Part shown: positions 56,301 to 61,108 of the stretch, in pieces | Layout of the letters: each line of letters begins with the position of its first letter | How positions within the stretch are numbered: the stretch's first letter is position 1 | NCBI GenBank assembly: GCA_963823665.1 | Contig: CAWGMQ010000011.1 | Span: 1,088,001-1,152,000, forward strand | DNA from: an uncultured Planctomycetota bacterium | GTDB taxonomy: Bacteria > Planctomycetota > Planctomycetia > Isosphaerales > Isosphaeraceae | Direction of reading: 5' to 3' | Length of the DNA stretch: 64,000 nt | Program-made: the position numbers and the translations under genes | Notes under the pieces: model-generated | The model's input: the letters and a program-made list of their open reading frames with translations, nothing else | Told to the model about the DNA's origin: nothing | Database searches by the model: none

Positions 56301-59300
56301 GCGTGGTGACTTCGAAGGCCCCGATGTCGACAGTGCCGTTCACGATCCGCGGGTAGCCGGCGCCGCGCTGGTCGGTGGACAGGGAGTACGTGTTGGCGAG
56401 GGCGGTGCTTCCGTTGCCGATGGCATAGCTGCTGGGCTCGAGCGCGATGGTCTCGGTCGGGCCGCCGTTATGCTGGAGCTTATTCGGGTCGAGCCCCACG
56501 TTGGCGTCTGAGACGCCGACCTGGTTGCCGTTGTCGCCGTCGATCAGGCTGCCGGTATTGTCGACTCCGACCAGGTTGTACGCACTGGCCAGCGTAACGC
56601 CATTATTGCCGTCGATGTCGTCGGCCACTCCGCCGGCGGTGTTGAGGGCGACGATCGTGTTGTACAGGGTGTCGTCAATGCCGCTCGCAATTAGCCCGCC
56701 GCCGCCGTATTCAGTAACGGTGTTGTAGGCGATGGTGCTGTTGACGACCGTCAGGGTGCCGCCGTCGAAAATGCCACCGCCTGACCGGTACGCCAAGTTC
56801 GACGCGACGGTGCTGTTGAGGACGGTCAGTGTGTTTTCGTTGTAGATGCCGCCGCCGTAGCCGGAACTGCCGTAGTTGGTGGCGCCTGCGGTGCGATCGT
56901 CGGTCGCGTCGTTGTGCGCGACGGTGCTCGCCGTGATCGTCACGGTGCCACCCGAAACAAAGAGGCCGCCGCCCAGGGCCGCCGAGTTGTGGTCGATGGT
57001 GCTGCCGGTGATCGATAGCGTTCCGCCGTTATTATTGTAGATGCCGCCGCCCCTCGAGCCGGCGGAGTTCGACGAGAGCGCGTCGCCGGAGATCGTGACG
57101 TCGCCGCCGGAGTTGAAGATGGCGCCGGCGTCCTGGGTGGCGGTGTTCTTCGAGAGCGTGCTGTCCGTGATGGTCAAGTCGCCGTACGAAACGTAGATGG
57201 CGCCGCCCGAGGCGAGGCCCGCAGCGCCGGGTTCTTCTGGTGAACCCGGCGAGCCGGCGAGCGCGCGGGAGTAGCCAGGAGAGCCCATAGTCAAACCACT
57301 GCCGCCCGAACCGGGGGCGCCGGGTTGACCTCCGGGCGCAGTATGGGTCATTCCGGCTCCGGGGCGGCCCCCGGTGACGCTATTCGAGGCCACGGCGTCG
57401 TCGGTCAACGTGACCGAACCGCGAGCGACATAGATACCACCGCCGGCGGCTTTTCCACCGTTGCCGCTCAGCCCGCCATTGCCACCACGACCGCCGGAGT
57501 TGTTGCCACCGCCATCGCCACCGAGTCCAGAGAGTCCTGGGTAGATCTGACCGAGACCAGCCGCGCCGCCGTGTCCGCCCTTCCCTCCAGTGCCTCCTTT
57601 TCCTCCTTGGGCGCCAGACCCAGCAGCTCCGCCCTTACCGCCGATCGCGCTGTTAAAGGAGAGAGTCGTGCTGGTGAAGGATGGGTCAATAATAAGGTGC
57701 CGGGCGCTCGCGTAGACGCCTCCGCCTTGGCCCGCGCCGCCGGTGCCGCCCGAGCCACCCGCTCCACCCGGGCCTCCCACTCCACCTCGACCACCAAAAC
57801 CGCCAGTCCCTCCGTTACCACCGAATTCATACTCTGAACCGCCACCTGTTCCACCCTTCCCTCCTTGACCACCCGTGCCTCCTGCTCCTCCGAGACCTCC
57901 TTGGCCTCCCGTTCCGGCTGCGCCGCCCTCGGCGTGATTATACTGGATCACGGAGCTGCCCGGACTCGTGCCGAGAACGGACACATTTGTGGTTGCAAGA
58001 ATGTAGAGACCGCCGCCGAGGCCCGCGCCGCCCTGGCCGCCCGCTCCGCCACTGCCACCCGCTCCGCCCGTTCCGCCCGCTCCGCCTGTTGATCCCCGGC
58101 CGCCAGTTTGTGAAAAGGAAGGGGTGCCAGCCGGGCCGGTAGCCCCAGCGTTACCCTCGCCTCCCGCACCGCCGGCTCCGCCAGTGCCACCGTTGCCGCC
58201 CCGGCCGCCGAGAGCGTTATTGGAATTGACCGTATCGTTGGTCAAATTGGCGGTCCCGCTGGCAATATAGACTCCGCCGCCGTCGCCCGCCCCGCCGGCG
58301 CCTCCGGCGCCTCCCCGCCCACCCGGTTGACCGGCAGACCCGGGCATGCCAGGCGCGCCCGCGGTCCCAGCCGCACCCGCTGAACCCTGCCCGCCCGCGC
58401 CTCCGTGGGCGACATTGGATTCAACCAGGGTCGACGTCATGGTGAGAACGCCGGAGCCGAAGTAGATCCCGCCGCCTTGCGCTGCACCGCCCGGGCCACC
58501 AGCGCCGCCGGGGTAGCGACCGTTGTCGCCCACGCCGCCGATGGCTGAATTGCTTTTCACGCTGTCATGGCTCAGGGTCACGTTGGCGCTAGCCGCCGCG
58601 TAGATGCCGCCGCCGAACGCTGCGAGCGGGTTGCCCGGAATATCCTTGACTTTGTTGCCTTCGATCGTGGTGTCGCTGATCGTCAGGGTCCCGCCGGCCT
58701 GGTAGATGCCGCCGCCATTCGGAAAGGCCACGTTGTTCTTGATGAGGCCGTTGGCGATCATCACCGTGCCACTACCGCGGGCGTAGATGCCGCCACCCGA
58801 CCTGGCGTCATTGGCCGAAATCGAACCGCCCGAGATCGAGAACCTTGCCTCCGCTGTCGAACACGCCGCCGCCGCTGGCATACGAGTTGCCGTCGTCCTT
58901 GATGACGTCGCTCTTCAATTTCAGTGAAGCGCCGGACTCGACAACTACGGCCGATGACAGCGTGAAGTTCTGGATCGTGAATCCCGTGATCGTGACGCCA
59001 GTGACATCCGCATTGACCGTGAAGCCGGCGGAGGGCTGCGCGGTGCCGTCCAGGATCGGGTGTTGGCCCGCATCGGCCTCGATGGTCAGGCTGTCCGTGC
59101 TGACGGTGTCGGACTCGTTGTAGCCGAGGCCGGTCTCCACGTAGATCGTCTCGCCCAGGCTTGCGACATCGATCGCGGCCTGGATCGTCCTGTAGCCGGT
59201 GGCCGCAGTTACCCCGTCGACTGCACCGAGGTTAGCCGAATTGACGTATAACACGGCGCCGGTGAGCAGGGTCCGCGGCTCGAGCACCTCCAGGATCCGC

Positions 59301-59386
59301 TGCCTGCTCCGTGATGCGTCGCGCCGGTTCCGAGATTTCCGTGAGGCGAACAGATTGGAGAATCGATGAGAGTGGCTGCGCGACAT
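46259..59386 (-). CDS. Gene B, reconstructed: ~4,375-aa planctomycete surface beta-helix protein split by 4 single-base indels
   Basis: GAGGAG+ATG at 59386 and the ILEVLEPRTLLT motif. Five ORFs join at ~58840 (+1), ~55972 (-1), ~54750 (-1) and ~50353 (+1); net 0, and 13128 nt is divisible by 3. Confidence 0.8.
46611..48766. repeat. Four tandem 555-bp coding repeats (gene B)
   Basis: cgtagacgttgatccagtt recurs at ~47047, 47602, 48157 and 48712. Confidence 0.95.
49671..54749 (-). CDS. Gene B fragment: acidic right-handed parallel beta-helix (pectin-lyase-like) modules
   Basis: 1692-aa ORF with repeated (S/A)IQRG(I/V)xxAxxxDTVxVxxG starts, IEDKI(T/V)D and GVILYNNFYA. Confidence 0.8.
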   Translation of the reverse strand: MLGTEWDGIEISSQGGIPGVTLSGNIISATGASDAETTVGYQIWNDTTTSSVTISGGSVTDTDYGVWVDNYDGYQSSGGSTAIVVSAVSISDASVAGIFVQDDPRNTTVPSLISAEVTSSTVITGSAVGIEVSGPNASLSFSGTAPVYLDAGLSKYIVLESGAMAGSTLDASEVVFGSTGDTGGFVGATGTLPDDLSTYYGIEGKITDYLDDSSLGYVSLKTGDVFVAQSSEIASPGAIQRGINVASSGDTVFVQGGTQAYDITAGLNIPQAQLTLEGAMVGVSGRHRHSHGTGESTLSGPTSSSIAAFTVANDSDVTIDGFALDGTGSANGSKLIGGEPQGVQLSFLNNVLDLNAMAASAQTNMILNNPQKLTLTDNQITTTGSNPSDSAVIQIVGFYAGGADTSNFMDVEGNTFTGIADANDQSTLQLNFSDVQGTVDNNTFNGVDIGVLVANNTGNLTLDSNIFENITRGATDIAAGSYGTGIAFFNPSFTNGPITVSNNTFENSDTGIRTSTDGTGGPYSLNSPTVSITGNTFTGDIYDIVDEFSGELDPSGTNVFDGVTLSAATLSDLYAIEDKIVDGIDVSGYGLVRLKAANIYVTPNSYFTPGGTTAPSIQRGIDAASDNDTVNVEAGTYVATGSYNDATDGVTSEIEIDKPLTLLGPIPTFDPNTDPTPALGDQAVVMPGASDPNPFDSTAITIIGVDSSGVTIQGMTIDGSNSVTPGFVHYDGGSVTFNGVYIDASEGISSYVDVGSISIANNIVENTAYAGVDFENAYSGINAGDATDGNTISENLIQNLGGGGYGYGVGVILYNNFYASVTANVLDTVRIGVQTGNYSDANPGTPATISDNMISAYRIGIFYNLNYDAASPFSVSGNTINASATDDPSDLSRYWTGVLISSQQGGVSATFSDNQIDGTDATYTTSNVVAGYTVWNTPTTGSLLISGGSVSGADYGVWVNNYAGYGPSDAGASTQVTVDGLSITASQIGVYVQDDPLSGTDPSVFATIEGDTTISATDGATVTGIEASGSAASVAFSGTLPAYLTGGPAADGGLSEYIVLASGAMGGVTPSTLDASQVSFDGFVGATGDPTIPADLATYFDIEDKITDYLDDPTLGYVSLKSDPVFVAQSSEAANAGAIQRGVNVAGSGDTVYVQGGAIDYAGDVTISQPVILDGANAGVNPVTGSRSAESVVNGPDFDFLVQANDVTINGFTIQGVTDDLNAGIYLPSTISGYQIVYNIVQNNNMGLYANSSGALPSLIQYNLIKDNTLGGPAADNGIYLDQGSANLTIDSNKFVDNAITFGTGGPEVNNDDTISNNQIVGGADAGGMYVLALTNSSITGNTITGGSYTGLALAGGDNGVTIGGTSAGAGNTISGTNGGIGLFGNYYNLPGGVDQDITISGNSISDDGTGILVEYGDSATITNNAITGNATGIMVGSGALDTSLVTAQYNDLSGNTTAGVTNNENRRCGRRERHRQLVGQLAWPDHVRQPGRQRHGRVVQRELHAVDRCLYFGGWSRLRSDRERALRGTHEAGVCDRAVVDGRLRHGVRPAAGGESRRCLGQSRHQLRQHDRAGLASQSGPERELGHRDAFGHVPDQCHGRHCDVHRPEHHPQRGVHADGFGFAQRRPVGQRDHERRHEHHDHGERGRSRAHGACDGCEQHLYRVAVHGIRHHHTQRRVSRQHAARNRHQF
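54689..55897 (-). CDS. Gene B fragment: parallel beta-helix module
   Basis: SIQRGIDAA...VNVQAGTY; GIGVILYNNFYAQV, paralogous to the next fragment. Confidence 0.75.
   Translation of the reverse strand: MTFSGTTDNTTDLAIDSTAGTVTVGATTANAFAATTTYIDNQSSQYVNATNNTFGGLTPSAGGLADDYIIQNGIIDALDNESYGLVQIVAGNVYITQLNETNYPGSFLNNVPDSIQRGIDAAEANSLGTVNVQAGTYQANSVGSPGGLFVDATAPLSILGPNSGVNPNTGSPNAPAIVVPSATGTDPSADFFVQVFYVMSSDVTIEGFTINGYNSALPDSGIDVGGVDVNAGEGIASYQGVGGITVENNVIENTSYSGVDFYNAVNPAATSDNVISDNKISNVGYDGYLGTPANPSAAGIGVILYNNFYAQVNDNVISSVLVGVQTGNFSNANSDLSFSPSISGNTITSAFQGIFYNLSYTDASAFTISSNTINEADESVQSSCLARSGTASRSRLKGESQA
55894..58881 (-). CDS. Gene B fragment: GGGI beta-helix with long Gly-rich (GGx)n loops and a choice-of-anchor-Q-like segment
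   Basis: GGAGGxGG tracts; NGGPTETIAL...TDQRG...VDIGAFE. Confidence 0.8.
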   Translation of the reverse strand: MPAAAACSTAEARFSISGGSISANDARSGGGIYARGSGTVMIANGLIKNNVAFPNGGGIYQAGGTLTISDTTIEGNKVKDIPGNPLAAFGGGIYAAASANVTLSHDSVKSNSAIGGVGDNGRYPGGAGGPGGAAQGGGIYFGSGVLTMTSTLVESNVAHGGAGGQGSAGAAGTAGAPGMPGSAGQPGGRGGAGGAGGAGDGGGVYIASGTANLTNDTVNSNNALGGRGGNGGTGGAGGAGGEGNAGATGPAGTPSFSQTGGRGSTGGAGGTGGAGGSGGAGGQGGAGLGGGLYILATTNVSVLGTSPGSSVIQYNHAEGGAAGTGGQGGLGGAGGTGGQGGKGGTGGGSEYEFGGNGGTGGFGGRGGVGGPGGAGGSGGTGGAGQGGGVYASARHLIIDPSFTSTTLSFNSAIGGKGGAAGSGAQGGKGGTGGKGGHGGAAGLGQIYPGLSGLGGDGGGNNSGGRGGNGGLSGNGGKAAGGGIYVARGSVTLTDDAVASNSVTGGRPGAGMTHTAPGGQPGAPGSGGSGLTMGSPGYSRALAGSPGSPEEPGAAGLASGGAIYVSYGDLTITDSTLSKNTATQDAGAIFNSGGDVTISGDALSSNSAGSRGGGIYNNNGGTLSITGSTIDHNSAALGGGLFVSGGTVTITASTVAHNDATDDRTAGATNYGSSGYGGGIYNENTLTVLNSTVASNLAYRSGGGIFDGGTLTVVNSTIAYNTVTEYGGGGLIASGIDDTLYNTIVALNTAGGVADDIDGNNGVTLASAYNLVGVDNTGSLIDGDNGNQVGVSDANVGLDPNKLQHNGGPTETIALEPSSYAIGNGSTALANTYSLSTDQRGAGYPRIVNGTVDIGAFEVTTLQTEINNAAPGSTLDVAPGTYVGPITIDKDLTLEGAGGGPSIIQVTGGATGITVEPGVTVAISGFTIESDPAGIGMDVDGGTATITGDTIEGFTTGILVENGGSATIDASAAPTTSTATPPVSNSRPAARAASMA
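58808..59386 (-). CDS. Gene B N-terminal fragment with LEPRxLL motif
   Basis: MSRSHSHRFSNLFASRKSRNRR...ILEVLEPRTLLT followed by the LYVNSAN...TIQAAI module; strong RBS. Confidence 0.85.
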   Translation of the reverse strand: MSRSHSHRFSNLFASRKSRNRRDASRSRQRILEVLEPRTLLTGAVLYVNSANLGAVDGVTAATGYRTIQAAIDVASLGETIYVETGLGYNESDTVSTDSLTIEADAGQHPILDGTAQPSAGFTVNADVTGVTITGFTIQNFTLSSAVVVESGASLKLKSDVIKDDGNSYASGGGVFDSGGKVLDLGRFDFGQ

Positions 59387-60296
59387 CGTCGGTGCTCCTC
59401 TATCTCGAGTGATGATTTCGTGTTGGTCGATCGCGGCTGGCAATCGAGTCTTGGTGTCGATCGAGTCGGGACGCTTGGGTTCGATGGCTCGTGGCTAAAG
59501 GCAATGGATGGGCGGAACGATTCGTGTACGGATTCGGGATTTTGAAGTAACCGAGTAACGCCGTCCGGGCCCTCTAGTAGCGGCTAAGGAATAATCCGGG
59601 ACATCGCGAATGCACCTCGCTCACGCTTCGGGTTGGTGTCGGGCATGGCGCGAAAAGACCCGCCGGAAGTTACTCTTTGTCCGGAAAAGTACGAACCGCG
59701 AACGAACCGGATCAGAGCTTTTTCAAGCGATCCGGGTTGATCAGGTGAAACAGAGAACCACGACCGCGAAACGAGGCGGTTACTGCCAGGAAGCTGGAAA
59801 GTCAGCCGGAGATCGCGACGTCATCCCCGCGCAACGGGGAAGACCACAGCTCTCCTTCGCTCCCCACCTCGGGATCGCGGCGAGTCAATCAATCAAATGC
59901 ACCGCTGCAAGGCTTCCACGCATACGTCTGCGTTGGATTCCGTGGTGAACCGCGTCGTCGGGCTCGGCTACCCGTTTGGATCAGACCTCCAATCACTGAT
60001 GCCACTCGAACGGTTCGATCCGCAGGTCGAAAGGGCCAGACCATCATGGTCGCTGCCGAAAGATTTCGTCATCTTTCGATGATAGACTTGCGCTGTTGCG
60101 TGCTCTTACTTGTTTGATCGCACGACGGGTCGTGATTCTAAGCACGCTTGAACGGAGATTGCAAGTGCGCAGATGAAATAAATGAAAGACGTTTTTTGCA
60201 AAAGAGCCGAAAACGCGGAATTTCGTGCTGAAATGATTTGAGAGCGAGCCGTTGCATCGAGATGAGTCGCGTCGTTTTGCGGCAGCGTCCTGGTGA

Positions 60297-61073
60297 TCAC
60301 CGGGCTGTGTAGCCGCCGTCGACAAAAAGCGTGGCGCCGGTCATGAAGCTCGAGGCATCCGAGGCGAGGAAAACCGCCGCCGGGCCCAGCTCCACGGGGT
60401 CGCCCCAGCGCGCCAGCGGCACGTTCGACTCCATTTGAGCGCGGGCTGCCGGGTCGTTCAAAAGCGGCGCGTTGATTTCGGTGGCAAACGGTCCGGGGCA
60501 GAGCGCGTTGACGTTGATACCGTCTTTGGCCCATTCAAGAGCCAGCGTCTTGGTCAGAAGCGTGAGCCCCCCCTTGCTTGACGCGTACGGTGAGCGGCCC
60601 GGCAGCGAGATTTCCCCCAGCATGCTCGAGACGTTGATCACCCGGCCCCACTTCTGAGCTTTCATCACGGGCGCCACCGCGCGGCAGCAAAGCCAGGGGC
60701 CTTTGAGGTTCGTATCGACGACCGTGTCCCAGTCGTGCTCGGTCAGCTCTTCAATCGGGCCGCGGATGTTCACCCCGGCATTGTTCACCAGAATGTCGAT
60801 CCGACCGAGCGAATCCAGCACCTGGGTCAGCATGCTAGCCACGTCCGCCGGACGAGTCACGTCGGCAGCAATGCCTAGAGACCTTCGCCCCGAGACACGC
60901 TGAATCACCTCGGCAACGCGGGCGGCCGTTTCAAGCTGCCGCGCGGAAATCGCCAGGTCCGCGCCGGCCGACGCGAGCGCATCCGCGATCGCGCGCCCGA
61001 GCCCCCGCGAGCCTCCCGTCACAACCGCAACCTTGCCGTCGAGCCGGAACCGATCGAGCACGCTGCCATTCAT
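60297..61073 (-). CDS. Short-chain dehydrogenase/reductase (SDR) family NAD(P)-dependent oxidoreductase
   Basis: TGGSRGLG, NNAG, catalytic S and YASSK, C-terminal VDGG; 258 aa. Confidence 0.95.
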   Translation of the reverse strand: MNGSVLDRFRLDGKVAVVTGGSRGLGRAIADALASAGADLAISARQLETAARVAEVIQRVSGRRSLGIAADVTRPADVASMLTQVLDSLGRIDILVNNAGVNIRGPIEELTEHDWDTVVDTNLKGPWLCCRAVAPVMKAQKWGRVINVSSMLGEISLPGRSPYASSKGGLTLLTKTLALEWAKDGINVNALCPGPFATEINAPLLNDPAARAQMESNVPLARWGDPVELGPAAVFLASDASSFMTGATLFVDGGYTAR

Positions 61074-61108
61074 GTTGCGCTTTCAATTTGTGTTGGCATC
61101 GCGGAAGA

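Noticed and set aside
57230..58540. Mycobacterial PE_PGRS gene
   Set aside because: No PE domain. The Gly tracts are internal loops of a planctomycete-type protein.
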